Virus record (IMG/VR): IMGVR_UViG_3300009528_000009
Length of the DNA stretch: 45,959 nucleotides
From: a virus
Direction: 5' to 3' (one strand)
The notes under the pieces were generated by a model. The model saw nothing but the letters and a program-made list of their open reading frames with translations. It was not told the DNA's origin and searched no databases. Every line of letters begins with the position of its first letter. The first letter of the stretch is position 1. The position numbers and the translations under genes are program-made. Positions 15,063-24,557 of the stretch are shown one piece after another.

Positions 15063-16759
15063 TGGCTAGAGAGAGTGTTCACGATAAGTTAGTATATTGG
15101 AAGTCTCAGATACGCAGGGGAATATCATATCAGCAGAAGTTTGGTGAGTCAAAGAAGTGGAAGGACTATCATGGTTACTACTATGGGAAGTATAAGACTG
15201 AGGTGTATGCAGTTAATAAAGTGTTCAGTATCCTGCGTAGTCTTATTCCTCGCATCTACTTTCGCAATCCTAAAGTATTAGTGAGTCCTACAAGACCAGA
15301 GCTTGAAGAACGAGCATTTGTAGTACAGGCTGTGGATAATCTGTTGATAAAGCAGATGTTGATGAAAGAGACGATTAAGAAGATTGTGCAGGATGCTTTC
15401 TTCTGCAACAGAGGCATAGCTAAGATAGGATATGATACACAGTATGGAAGTGTACCTGCTGAGATGATGAAAGAGCCTCCAACAGAAGAAGCTATTGAGT
15501 ATGATGTGAGTGTGCAGCCTGGAATGCCTTGGGTGCTGAGAGCTAATCCTGAACATTTCCTTGTACCTTGGGGAGTAGCCTCGTTGAAGGATACGCCTTG
15601 GGTAGCTCATAGAGTAGTGAGGCTGCTCAGCGATGTCAAAAAGGATCCTATCTATGAGAATACTACTAAGTTGAAAGGTGGATTAGTCAGAGAGCTTAGG
15701 GGTATGAAGGACAAAGAAGCAGGCATCAGTGAAGTTGTTAGAGGCTCTCAGGACGAAGCAATCAAGGAATATGCTACTGCTGAGGAGGAGTGGGTTGAGA
15801 TATGGGAAATAAGGGACTTGAAACGAGGACAAATACTAGCTCTGAACCTCGACCATGATAAGTTTTTGCGTAGGCCAGTAAGTGATGAACTGCAGAAGGA
15901 TGGCTCACCCTTCGAGGACATTTGCTTCAATCCTGACAATGATGTGTACTGGGGGCCTTCCGACATGCGCATATTGGAGCCTTTACAGATGGAACTTAAT
16001 GAGACTCGTACTCAGATGTCTAAACATAGAAAGATTAATGTACTAAAGATTCTAATGGACTCTGGTAAGTTCACTCCTGAACAAGCACAAAAACTTATGA
16101 GTGGAGATGTTGGCACAATAGAACTAATACCTGAGCTTAGTAGAGATAGTGTAATTCCTCTTCAGATAGGTGAGCCGGTTCAGTTGAGAGCAGATGCTAT
16201 GGATATTGAGAAGGATATAAGAGAAACTGTGGGGTTCAGTAGACTAGCTGAGGGTGCTGAGTCAGTTGCGCCTCGTAAGACTAAGTTTGAAGTACAGGAA
16301 ATGGGGCAAGGTCATTGGATTAGGATAGATGAGAGAAGGGATATAGTGGCAGACTTCCTTGTGAGGACGTTGGAGAAAGTAAATAAGATTATTTTTGAGA
16401 AATGGGACACAGGACGAGTTGTGCCTCTGGTTGGCCCTGATGCTTCTATTCATTGGGTACAGTTCACGGGTAGAGAGCTAGAGGGTGAGTATGACCTCTC
16501 GATAGATATTGATACAGGTAGACCTGTAACGACTGAGGTTAAGAGGAGTGAGGCGTGGGAGCTACTTGAACGACTAGGAGCAAATGAAGTTGTTCTTCAG
16601 CATCTTAACATAAGAGAGTTACTAAAGAATGTGCTGAAGCTATATGATTGGATAGATACAGATAGAGTGCTATTGGCACAGGAGGCTCAAGCAGGAGGAA
16701 TGCCTGCACAGGTTGAAGGGATGGGTGAGTTTGCACAAGCATTTAGAGGGAGACGATGA
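15062..16759 (+). CDS. Portal protein (putative)
   Basis: 565 aa. Start ATG in TAATG follows GGGAGG. Size and position upstream of scaffold and capsid fit a portal. Confidence 0.6.
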   Translation: MARESVHDKLVYWKSQIRRGISYQQKFGESKKWKDYHGYYYGKYKTEVYAVNKVFSILRSLIPRIYFRNPKVLVSPTRPELEERAFVVQAVDNLLIKQMLMKETIKKIVQDAFFCNRGIAKIGYDTQYGSVPAEMMKEPPTEEAIEYDVSVQPGMPWVLRANPEHFLVPWGVASLKDTPWVAHRVVRLLSDVKKDPIYENTTKLKGGLVRELRGMKDKEAGISEVVRGSQDEAIKEYATAEEEWVEIWEIRDLKRGQILALNLDHDKFLRRPVSDELQKDGSPFEDICFNPDNDVYWGPSDMRILEPLQMELNETRTQMSKHRKINVLKILMDSGKFTPEQAQKLMSGDVGTIELIPELSRDSVIPLQIGEPVQLRADAMDIEKDIRETVGFSRLAEGAESVAPRKTKFEVQEMGQGHWIRIDERRDIVADFLVRTLEKVNKIIFEKWDTGRVVPLVGPDASIHWVQFTGRELEGEYDLSIDIDTGRPVTTEVKRSEAWELLERLGANEVVLQHLNIRELLKNVLKLYDWIDTDRVLLAQEAQAGGMPAQVEGMGEFAQAFRGRR

Positions 16760-16941
16760 GCAAGGACAAAAACAAGAAGTATCGTAGTATTGGTTATATG
16801 CCAGACATCTCTCACAAACATAGAGGATACTGGGAAAGTCTTGGAGATGAAGATGACCCTGATGCTTACATAGAAAGCAAACGTAAGCTACGGGAAGTGT
16901 GTAAGCGCAAGGGACTTAGGAGTAAGTTGTTAGATTACTAA
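16756..16941 (+). CDS. Hypothetical small protein (61 aa)
   Basis: ORF track entry with ATGA overlap to the portal gene. Confidence 0.6.
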   Translation: MSKDKNKKYRSIGYMPDISHKHRGYWESLGDEDDPDAYIESKRKLREVCKRKGLRSKLLDY

Positions 16942-17101
16942 TACGTATTAATAGGTATTGTTGCTAAAGTCAGGTAGCTCCTGACGAAATATACGCTCTG
17001 GCTGTATACAGACGGTCAGGGCGTATTTCATTAAAGAAGCTATTCTGCAATAACGAAGTTGACTATTTCACTATACAGCAATAACAGCAAGGAGGCGAGA
17101 C

Positions 17102-17326
17102 ATGGCTAGATTAGGGAAGCCTATCAAGAGTACTAGGCCCCTACGAGAGAATCAACGGCGAGTAGTCCTTCTTCTAAAGGGAGACAGTTTCGAGTACAAG
17201 TTTGAACCGCCTCTCTGGACAGGGAAGGATATTAGGGATGGAATGAAAATCTTACGCTTAGCTTATAGATTGCATAAGCGAGTGTTGGCGACAAACAAGG
17301 AGGTATTGAACGATGGCGACAGATGA
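17102..17326 (+). CDS. Hypothetical small basic protein (74 aa)
   Basis: ORF track entry with an AAGGAGG RBS. Confidence 0.6.
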   Translation: MARLGKPIKSTRPLRENQRRVVLLLKGDSFEYKFEPPLWTGKDIRDGMKILRLAYRLHKRVLATNKEVLNDGDR

Positions 17327-17981
17327 CAAAAAAACTAATGCACCTGTTCCGGCGAGTGGAGCAGACGAAGTGAAACAATTAAAGGAAGAGCTGAAACAGA
17401 GTAAGGACACAGTTGCTGACCTTACTTCTAAGGTGAGTGACTTGCAGGGGACAATTATCAGCCCTCAGTATCAGGAGTTTCTGACTTCTCAGAAGCAACC
17501 TCCTCAAACCTTCCAACCAACTGACTTTGCAGCAGGGCGTACAGGCGAGAAAGAAGTAGACCTTGAGAGTATGGATAGAAAGGAATACTCTACTTGGCTA
17601 CTTGGGGAAATGGATAAGCGTCTTGGCCCTCGAATAGACCAAGTGTCACAAGATACGAAAAGGTATCAAATTGACAGGGATATTAAGGATGTCAAGGGAA
17701 AGTACAAGGATTTTGAAACCTATGACAAACTTATGGGTAAGGATGCCTCTCGCATCATAAACGAAGGCCCAACTGCGCTTGACATGTATCTCATTCAGAA
17801 GGGACGAGAGACTGTGCAGAGTCAAAAGACTGAGCAGAAGACTGAGGAGACGGTGACTGAGAAACCAACGGGGGCTAGTAATGCACCTGTTCCTCCTGAG
17901 AAGATGACGCTGAAGGAAAATGTCTCTAAAAAATGGGATGAGATGGGAATTGATGAGAAATTCCCTCCTCCTAAACAGTAG
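17313..17981 (+). CDS. Scaffolding protein (putative)
   Basis: Acidic, coiled-coil-like and low-complexity, 222 aa. Lies directly upstream of the capsid gene. Confidence 0.55.
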   Translation: MATDDKKTNAPVPASGADEVKQLKEELKQSKDTVADLTSKVSDLQGTIISPQYQEFLTSQKQPPQTFQPTDFAAGRTGEKEVDLESMDRKEYSTWLLGEMDKRLGPRIDQVSQDTKRYQIDRDIKDVKGKYKDFETYDKLMGKDASRIINEGPTALDMYLIQKGRETVQSQKTEQKTEETVTEKPTGASNAPVPPEKMTLKENVSKKWDEMGIDEKFPPPKQ

Positions 17982-18005
17982 GCTCTTTCAATATAGGAAA
18001 AAAAG

Positions 18006-18995
18006 ATGGCTTACTTTAGAGAAGTCATGGATGACATGTGGATTTCCACATGGCGTGAGCAGAAGAAAGAAGTGATAGATAACCTCTTTGATGCAACCCC
18101 CTTCTACTTCTGGATGAAGAAAAAAGGGAGAGTAACTGAGGATTACACTGGTGGAGAATATCTCACTGTTCCACTCCTACGTGGCAGGAATGCTACTGTT
18201 GCCATGTATCAGAAAGGTGGAAGTATTCCAATTAGTCAGACTGACAAGCTCGATGTGGCTAGATACGACTGGAAATACATGGTTGTAGGTCTGATTAGAT
18301 ACATGATTGATGAGCAGATAAATCGGGGCAGGGCTAAGATTATCAGTAAGATGCAGGTAGAGCTTGATGTGGCAAAACTCTCTATGATTGAGCTGATGGA
18401 GACATATCTTTTTGGTGATGGTTCTGGAGAGAGTGGACTCGCATTTAATGGTCTGAAGATTATCTGTAGTGATACTCCTCAGACAGCAGTGGCGTCTCCT
18501 GTAACTGATGTTGGTGGAATTGACTCAAGTAGTAGTGGTAATGAATACTGGAAAAATGTCTATCGAGACATGGATACTGATGGCCCTGTAGTCTCTCTAA
18601 ACATGATGGAGAGTTGGAAATATGCTTTCCGAGAAGCAAAGAATGGAGCTGACAAGCCTGACATCTTCGTCACTACTGACCAAATATTGGATTGGTATGA
18701 TGATGAATGTATAGACATCAAAGCTATTGTCAACAAAAGTTTAGGTGATGCTGGCTTTGAGAACTTGACTTGGCGTGGGCTTCCAATCATCACTTCTCCA
18801 TCTTGTACGGCTGGACATCTCTACATGCTTAATACCAAGTATCTCAATTGGGTAGCACAAGCAGGGGCAAACTTTGACATGACAGAATGGAAAGTGGCTC
18901 CTGATACACTGGACAGGTATGCACAGATAGTGGTAAGTGGTAATTTGGTTACGAGTAAGCGAAATGCACAGGCAGTTGTGTTTAATATTGACTAA
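18006..18995 (+). CDS. Major capsid protein (putative)
   Basis: 329 aa. Follows the scaffold gene and is followed by a hairpin. The composition is typical of HK97-fold capsid proteins. Confidence 0.6.
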   Translation: MAYFREVMDDMWISTWREQKKEVIDNLFDATPFYFWMKKKGRVTEDYTGGEYLTVPLLRGRNATVAMYQKGGSIPISQTDKLDVARYDWKYMVVGLIRYMIDEQINRGRAKIISKMQVELDVAKLSMIELMETYLFGDGSGESGLAFNGLKIICSDTPQTAVASPVTDVGGIDSSSSGNEYWKNVYRDMDTDGPVVSLNMMESWKYAFREAKNGADKPDIFVTTDQILDWYDDECIDIKAIVNKSLGDAGFENLTWRGLPIITSPSCTAGHLYMLNTKYLNWVAQAGANFDMTEWKVAPDTLDRYAQIVVSGNLVTSKRNAQAVVFNID

Positions 18996-19006
18996 GAATA
19001 ATGCAA

Positions 19007-19030
19007 CGGGGACGTATTGAAGTGCGTCCC
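19007..19030 (+). terminator. Hairpin after the capsid gene (GGGGACG / CGTCCCC), no clear U-run
   Basis: 7-bp GC-rich stem with a 10-nt loop. Confidence 0.3.
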
Positions 19031-19098
19031 CAATATCCTTCACAGCCTGAAACCAATCGGACTGTTGAGGCAAGAAAAACTAAATGGAGGATAGTTAA

Positions 19099-19890
19099 AT
19101 GACTATACCCGCAAGAACAGAGACAATTAAACAAGCATTACCAGGCGCAGGTAGCGGTTGGTCGTTGGGACATATAGGAGTTGGGCAAAGTGTTTATGCA
19201 GAAAGTGTAACTCCTACAACTACAATAGGGAAGCGATTAAAGGTTGGGAATAGAACATTCCATTATGCAAAGCATGAAGGTGGAACTTCAGCTGGATTGA
19301 TGCAAATATATGCTGTAGATACTGATGTAGAGGATACTGTAACTGTGGCTCATGGAATTGGTACTACAGAGCTAACCATAGAAGCTGCTACTATATTTGT
19401 TAAAGACCAGTATGCAGAAGGAATGTTGATTGTGCATAAGACTGGTGGAACTGGAGCTGGAGACCAGTATGTTATAAAAAGTAATGCTGCTATTGCAGCT
19501 AACGCAACTGGTCTAGTTACCATTTACGAGCCAGGACTTCTGACTGCATGGTCTATCACTGATACTGATGTAACTCTGTGGTCAAATCCGTACTTTGGTA
19601 TAGCACCAAACTCTGCAGTTACGTCTGCTGGAGCTGGTATTCCTCTCATTGACATTTCAGATGGATACTACTTCTGGTTACAGACTTGGGGGCCAGCAGG
19701 AGTTAAGATTACGACTGCTACAGACTCTGGAGCTGATACTGCTGAAGCAGCATTTGCAGTTAACGCAACAGGTGATTTGGTCAAACAAAGTGCTGGTTAT
19801 TTTCAGTGTGCGCATGTCCTGGAACTAACCTCTGATGTTACTGATACGGATGCTGACTTTGGCTATGTGTTCCTGACCTGTGATCCATAA
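19099..19890 (+). CDS. Hypothetical virion protein (263 aa)
   Basis: ORF track entry with a TGGAGG RBS. Confidence 0.65.
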   Translation: MTIPARTETIKQALPGAGSGWSLGHIGVGQSVYAESVTPTTTIGKRLKVGNRTFHYAKHEGGTSAGLMQIYAVDTDVEDTVTVAHGIGTTELTIEAATIFVKDQYAEGMLIVHKTGGTGAGDQYVIKSNAAIAANATGLVTIYEPGLLTAWSITDTDVTLWSNPYFGIAPNSAVTSAGAGIPLIDISDGYYFWLQTWGPAGVKITTATDSGADTAEAAFAVNATGDLVKQSAGYFQCAHVLELTSDVTDTDADFGYVFLTCDP

Positions 19891-19947
19891 GATGAAATTG
19901 AGGGGTGGGGGTCATTTGCCTCTGCCCCTTCCCTTTGGAGGACTAAC

Positions 19948-20652
19948 ATGGCACTTACGTTTACTGAGCTTGTAACTCAAGTTAAGGAAGACACTGGTAG
20001 AACGGACAAGGGTACGGAGATAGGAACATATATTAATAGAGGACAACACATCATACAGAGAGATGCCTCTGTTATGCATCACGACTTCACTTGTCTAATG
20101 ATGGAGAGTTATAGAGATACAGTTGCTGAGACAAAAACATACAGTATTCCTAGCAACCTCAAATCCTTCTACGGCCTTCGTCTATGTGAGTCTGCTACCA
20201 AGCGCAAGTTTCATCCTCTCACTCCTCGTACTCAAAATCTCCGTCGTCCTTATCCTGAAGATGACTCAGAAGGCACTCCTGTTTACTACATCATACGAGG
20301 ACGATTCTTTGACCTCTCTCCCATTCCCGATGCTGCCTATACTATGCATATGAATTGGTATAAGTGGGCAGATACTATATCTGGAACTACTGAGTCTGAC
20401 CTTCTCTATATGGATGAAGTAATTATAAAGTGTGCTGACTGGCTCACTGTTCTATCTCTCAACTTGGAGGAGGATATACGAAGGTTTAAGGCAGATTACC
20501 GTGACCTCCTTACTTCTACAATTACAGCCGATAGGGATGCTAATAAGTATGACCTTCAACTGAAGGCTCAACCATTCACTACTGCTGTTACTCCAGGAGC
20601 AGATATGACTGACTACCATCTGAAGCCAGGTTGGGTACGGGGGCCAAGATAA
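19948..20652 (+). CDS. Hypothetical virion protein (234 aa; position suggests head-tail adaptor)
   Basis: ORF track entry with a TGGAGG RBS. Confidence 0.6.
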   Translation: MALTFTELVTQVKEDTGRTDKGTEIGTYINRGQHIIQRDASVMHHDFTCLMMESYRDTVAETKTYSIPSNLKSFYGLRLCESATKRKFHPLTPRTQNLRRPYPEDDSEGTPVYYIIRGRFFDLSPIPDAAYTMHMNWYKWADTISGTTESDLLYMDEVIIKCADWLTVLSLNLEEDIRRFKADYRDLLTSTITADRDANKYDLQLKAQPFTTAVTPGADMTDYHLKPGWVRGPR

Positions 20653-20807
20653 TGCTATGTTGGTTGGGGTTCCATAGCTGGCTCTATGTTCCTTTGAGAG
20701 AAGGCGAAGAGAGACAGTGTCAGATGTGTGAAAAGAGACAGAAGGCACATCTCTACCAATTCTGTGGATACTACTATGTGAAATGGAGAACGATAAAATG
20801 GGACTAA
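20652..20807 (+). CDS. Hypothetical Cys-containing small protein (51 aa)
   Basis: TAATG overlap with the upstream gene. Manual translation gives MLCWLGFHSWLYVPLREGEERQCQMCEKRQ... Confidence 0.35.
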   Translation: MLCWLGFHSWLYVPLREGEERQCQMCEKRQKAHLYQFCGYYYVKWRTIKWD

Positions 20808-20947
20808 TAATTATGGCGATTGGTGCTGGTGGCATAATAGCGTCAACGATATTTGAGATAAAGACAAAGGCTAAGATATATGAAATAATTATGAAAATAG
20901 CGCCTTTAGTATTCGCTTGTGGAGTACTGTTGTGGCAGTTAGGATGA
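20798..20947 (+). CDS. Small membrane protein (49 aa)
   Basis: MGLIIMAIGAGGIIASTIFEIKTKAKIYEIIMKIAPLVFACGVLLWQLG has two hydrophobic segments. Confidence 0.4.
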   Translation: MGLIIMAIGAGGIIASTIFEIKTKAKIYEIIMKIAPLVFACGVLLWQLG

Positions 20948-21144
20948 CTCTCGACTATGGTGAATGCTTTCGTTGTAAACGACTTATGCCTGTAGAAAAG
21001 CTGATGCAGATACGTTTCTATACTGGTCATTTGCATGTTGGCTCCTTTCATCACCAGCTTTTGTGTGTTGGTTGTAGAGAAAAGGCAGATGAAATATTCC
21101 ATCATGTTGAGTTCAAGGATATAGAGAATGGCGCAAGAGAGTGA
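20944..21144 (+). CDS. Zinc-ribbon-like small protein (66 aa)
   Basis: The internal ATG has an ATGA overlap with the upstream gene. Contains C.RC...CVGC. Confidence 0.45.
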   Translation: MTLDYGECFRCKRLMPVEKLMQIRFYTGHLHVGSFHHQLLCVGCREKADEIFHHVEFKDIENGARE

Positions 21145-22648
21145 TAGACTCCTAAGCCCTGCAATCATTATGCCTACCAAGATGCTTGAGTTCCGTGCTC
21201 CAAGCATGGCTCTCGATCCTAGGTCGGCATCAGATTGTAGGAATGTAACTATAAAGAATGGCATACTGAAGAAGCGCACAGGGTTTGCAGCTTTCAGTAT
21301 AGACGATGCAGGCAATACTAACATACCAGGAAGGGTAACTGGTCTCTGTCAGTCTCCTTTTGGTTGGGATGATGACATAGTTGCTCTTTCTCAAAATGCC
21401 ACTAACACTCAATACTTTCTCTATGACTCAGATGAGGATGAATGGAACTCAGCTGACTCAGAAGCTCAAACTGCCTACTCTCAACTGAGTTGGTGTCCAG
21501 CAGTGCAAAGTGATGGAACAGAAGTGATAATACTTGCTGACAATTTGGTGAGGATGAAAATATGGGATAATACTCAAGCTGCGGTAGCTGACAAGATTGC
21601 TAACCTCACTCTCAACTCTGATGTATTGAGAGCAAAGGTAGTTCGCTACTACAAGGGCCATCTCTGCCTCTTTAATGTAGGAACGTATACTACTAGCTGG
21701 AAGCAAGAAAAACAGAGAATTCAGTGGACAATTTCTGCTGACTGTGAAGACATTGATGGTGGCGGTTCAGGCTCTAACTACATTTACGGTAGAAGGGGAG
21801 GACACATAGTAGGGGCTGAAGAACATGCAGATGATATGCTTATTTACTGTGAACATGAAATTGTTAGGATGACCTACATAGGAGGTACAACTATCTTTCG
21901 TTTTGACCCCCTCGTAGCGAAAGTTGGCTTGGCTGCTCAGAATGCTATTGCCAACCTCGGAGACAGGCATCTCTTTCTAGCTGATGATTTCACTGTGCAG
22001 GAGTTTGCTGGAGGCTTAAGTTGTACTCCTGTAGGAGACCCTATTAACACTGACATTCAAACAAACATTCACAAGACTTACTATTACAACAGTTTCTTTG
22101 TCGTTGATAAGGGACTGAATGAAGCATGGCTCTTTATTCCAACTACTAACGAGACTCCTGATACTGTGTACGTTATCAAGTATGGAGGCTGCCTCGAAGG
22201 TTACTGTTGGTATAAGGATAGTAAAGATGGTCTCTGTGGAATGGAACATGATAACTGGAACGTATTAGTAGGTACGGGTACTCCTACTATAGATTACTAC
22301 AACCACACAGCTACCAACGATGGCTCTACAGCAATTGATGCCTACTGGGACTCAATTTTCTTCACTCTCCCTCAAGAACCTTCTCGCTTTATGCGTGCAG
22401 GAGAGTTTAGATTTGAGGGGAAAGGCGGTGAGGACGATACTCTTAGCACTTATTACAGAACAACTGATGGAGGCACATGGACAAAAATAGCTGACCACAC
22501 TCTCACTACTTCATTTGCTTACTACCACGCTCCATTCGACCCTGGTTATGCCCGTGCTATCCAGTTCCGCTTTCGCAACAGCACTTCTGGTGAAACGTTT
22601 GAAATAAAATGGTGGCAGCCAGTATTTTTGCCAAAGGGAGCACGATGA
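21128..22648 (+). CDS. Hypothetical large virion protein (506 aa; position suggests tail tube/nozzle)
   Basis: ORF track entry. Lies in the late block between the adaptor-like and internal proteins. Confidence 0.6.
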   Translation: MAQESDRLLSPAIIMPTKMLEFRAPSMALDPRSASDCRNVTIKNGILKKRTGFAAFSIDDAGNTNIPGRVTGLCQSPFGWDDDIVALSQNATNTQYFLYDSDEDEWNSADSEAQTAYSQLSWCPAVQSDGTEVIILADNLVRMKIWDNTQAAVADKIANLTLNSDVLRAKVVRYYKGHLCLFNVGTYTTSWKQEKQRIQWTISADCEDIDGGGSGSNYIYGRRGGHIVGAEEHADDMLIYCEHEIVRMTYIGGTTIFRFDPLVAKVGLAAQNAIANLGDRHLFLADDFTVQEFAGGLSCTPVGDPINTDIQTNIHKTYYYNSFFVVDKGLNEAWLFIPTTNETPDTVYVIKYGGCLEGYCWYKDSKDGLCGMEHDNWNVLVGTGTPTIDYYNHTATNDGSTAIDAYWDSIFFTLPQEPSRFMRAGEFRFEGKGGEDDTLSTYYRTTDGGTWTKIADHTLTTSFAYYHAPFDPGYARAIQFRFRNSTSGETFEIKWWQPVFLPKGAR

Positions 22649-23511
22649 AAACACCACAAATTCCCACTCTTCCCATTCCACCACATATACCAAGAGCTTG
22701 CTGTCCTGACCCTGAAGCAAAGATAGAAAACTATTGGTCATGTTACTTATGGAAATTGAATCGTTGCCTTTGGTATCCTTTCTCTGACATGTTCCTAGAC
22801 ATGAGATATAGCAACATACTCTTTCCTGACAAAACACTTGATTGGGGTGAAATGAAGTATGATGCTACAAATTTTACAATCAACATCAGTGGGACTGACT
22901 ATGATAAAGCGTGGTGTCAGATTGCTGAGCATACTTATAATCCACAGGAAGATGATTTTATTACACTAAACAGAACAGCAACCACAAGTGTAGGAGGTAC
23001 TTATACACAAGCAAAAACTCTCTATGAGGATAGTCCCAATTATACTACTTATGAACAGCATTATTTGAATTGGTATGCAAAATACACTGGTGACATTTTT
23101 GGAATTGAGGGAAGACAACTGTTTAATTACTATAATACTAGTGATTTAGTTTATGTAGAATCAGCAATAATAAAGGTATATGCTACTGACGTTGATTTAG
23201 AAAATACAACTGTTGATTCAATCCTTCGCATTTACAAATATGATTATGGAGATGCAGTAGATGAAAATGACTACAGTGGAGGGACTTTAATTGCTACAAG
23301 AACATTTACCTCTGCTGATGTAAATACGTGGGTAGAGATGGCTATAAGTGCTGATGATGTAACTGTTGGAGGTGAATCACACTATAGATTTGCTCTTGGT
23401 GCTATGGAAGATTTGAGTTATTTTCCTCAACCTGCTACTGATGAGACTATTCAACAGTATTTGCGTTTCTTAGACCCCAATGGTGTCAAATTAGTTGTAC
23501 AAGGTTGTTAA
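22645..23511 (+). CDS. Hypothetical virion protein (288 aa)
   Basis: The internal ATG follows an AAGGGAG RBS and has an ATGA overlap. Confidence 0.6.
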   Translation: MKTPQIPTLPIPPHIPRACCPDPEAKIENYWSCYLWKLNRCLWYPFSDMFLDMRYSNILFPDKTLDWGEMKYDATNFTINISGTDYDKAWCQIAEHTYNPQEDDFITLNRTATTSVGGTYTQAKTLYEDSPNYTTYEQHYLNWYAKYTGDIFGIEGRQLFNYYNTSDLVYVESAIIKVYATDVDLENTTVDSILRIYKYDYGDAVDENDYSGGTLIATRTFTSADVNTWVEMAISADDVTVGGESHYRFALGAMEDLSYFPQPATDETIQQYLRFLDPNGVKLVVQGC

Positions 23512-23796
23512 ATGGCACTGAAGACTAAACCTACTATAGCTCTGCCAAGGATACCTAAAGAGATTGATACACCAGAAGTACACAGGTACTTAGAAGAACT
23601 ACATGCAGCTATCAGTGATTTTGTTAAACGTGTCTATGATGATGTTTCTAACGGCAGGATACAGCATAGAGTCTACACTACTGTTCCCACTACAAGTGAT
23701 TGTGAAGAAGGTGAGGTAGTTTTCTATAAGAGTAACAGTACATATAGACTTTATGCAAATGTAGCAGGAACTATGAAATATTTAGCTTTAACATAG
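23512..23796 (+). CDS. Hypothetical protein (94 aa)
   Basis: ORF track entry. Confidence 0.6.
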   Translation: MALKTKPTIALPRIPKEIDTPEVHRYLEELHAAISDFVKRVYDDVSNGRIQHRVYTTVPTTSDCEEGEVVFYKSNSTYRLYANVAGTMKYLALT

Positions 23797-23808
23797 GAGG
23801 TGTTTTAG

Positions 23809-24552
23809 ATGGCTTTCACACAAGGTTATACAAGTTTTCCTAGACGGGGAATGGCAGCAGGAGGCGGTTTTCAGACAGGTGGATATGGTGAGTATAGAGT
23901 TGGAGCAGCAAGAAGGGGAACTGGTCAGAGGGCAGGGCCTCATTATTACCCTGGTCAAAAAGGTTGGGGTAAGAGTACACGTACAGAGATTGGTGGAGGG
24001 AGAGGTGGTAGAAGACCTCGATTTGGTCAATATCCAACCCTTACAGGACAGCAACAGACTATTCTCTCTCAACTAATGCGAGGCGGGCCTGGCCCTACTT
24101 ATGGCCCTGTTGGTCTCGGTGGAGCAGGAGAAAGAGCTGGTGCGTTGAGTAGGATGATGGCAGTCTCGCCAGAGGAAGAGAGAACGGCAATTGAGAGGAT
24201 GAGTGCGCCAGCTATGAGACAGTTTAGGGAAGAGATATTGCCAGGTATACGAGGTACAGCAGGTGCAACTGGAACTCTCTGGTCTACTATGCGTGCAGGT
24301 GAGGAAGCTAGGGCTGGTGCAGGACTGGCAGAAAGTTTGGCTGGAATGGGTGAGCAGTATAGAATGCAGAGACGTGGACAGGCTATGCAAGCTGCAGGTT
24401 TAGGAGCACAGGAAGCTCTTGGTGCTGCAGGACTTGGTATGCAACAGTATGGAATGCAGATGCAACGAGGAGGACAGAGAGAGCAGATGTTAGCACAACT
24501 TCTAGGTATTCCTATGATGGGAGTTTACAGTTATCCTAGAGGGGGGAGGTGA
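23809..24552 (+). CDS. Gly/Arg/Met/Gln-rich low-complexity protein (RGG-like), putative internal virion protein
   Basis: TAGGAGGTG RBS. Contains GGGRGGRRPRFG, GMQQYGMQMQRGGQ and AG..AG repeats. The region is locally GC-rich. Confidence 0.65.
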   Translation: MAFTQGYTSFPRRGMAAGGGFQTGGYGEYRVGAARRGTGQRAGPHYYPGQKGWGKSTRTEIGGGRGGRRPRFGQYPTLTGQQQTILSQLMRGGPGPTYGPVGLGGAGERAGALSRMMAVSPEEERTAIERMSAPAMRQFREEILPGIRGTAGATGTLWSTMRAGEEARAGAGLAESLAGMGEQYRMQRRGQAMQAAGLGAQEALGAAGLGMQQYGMQMQRGGQREQMLAQLLGIPMMGVYSYPRGGR

Positions 24553-24557
24553 TTTAA

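Noticed and set aside
20452-21324. 290-aa minus-strand ORF, one of the longest in the track for this region
   Set aside because: It lies antisense to a continuous series of plus-strand late genes with good RBSs and overlap-coupled starts (19948..20652, small ORFs, 21128..22648). It has no RBS and a hydrophobic, low-information composition typical of antisense shadow ORFs.
23788-24390. Several 65-105-aa ORFs on both strands overlapping the RGG-rich gene (23788..24072, 23840..24037, 23879..24076, 24073..24390)
   Set aside because: These are stop-poor frames produced by the GC-rich, low-complexity coding sequence of 23809..24552. They have no RBSs and are not independent genes.
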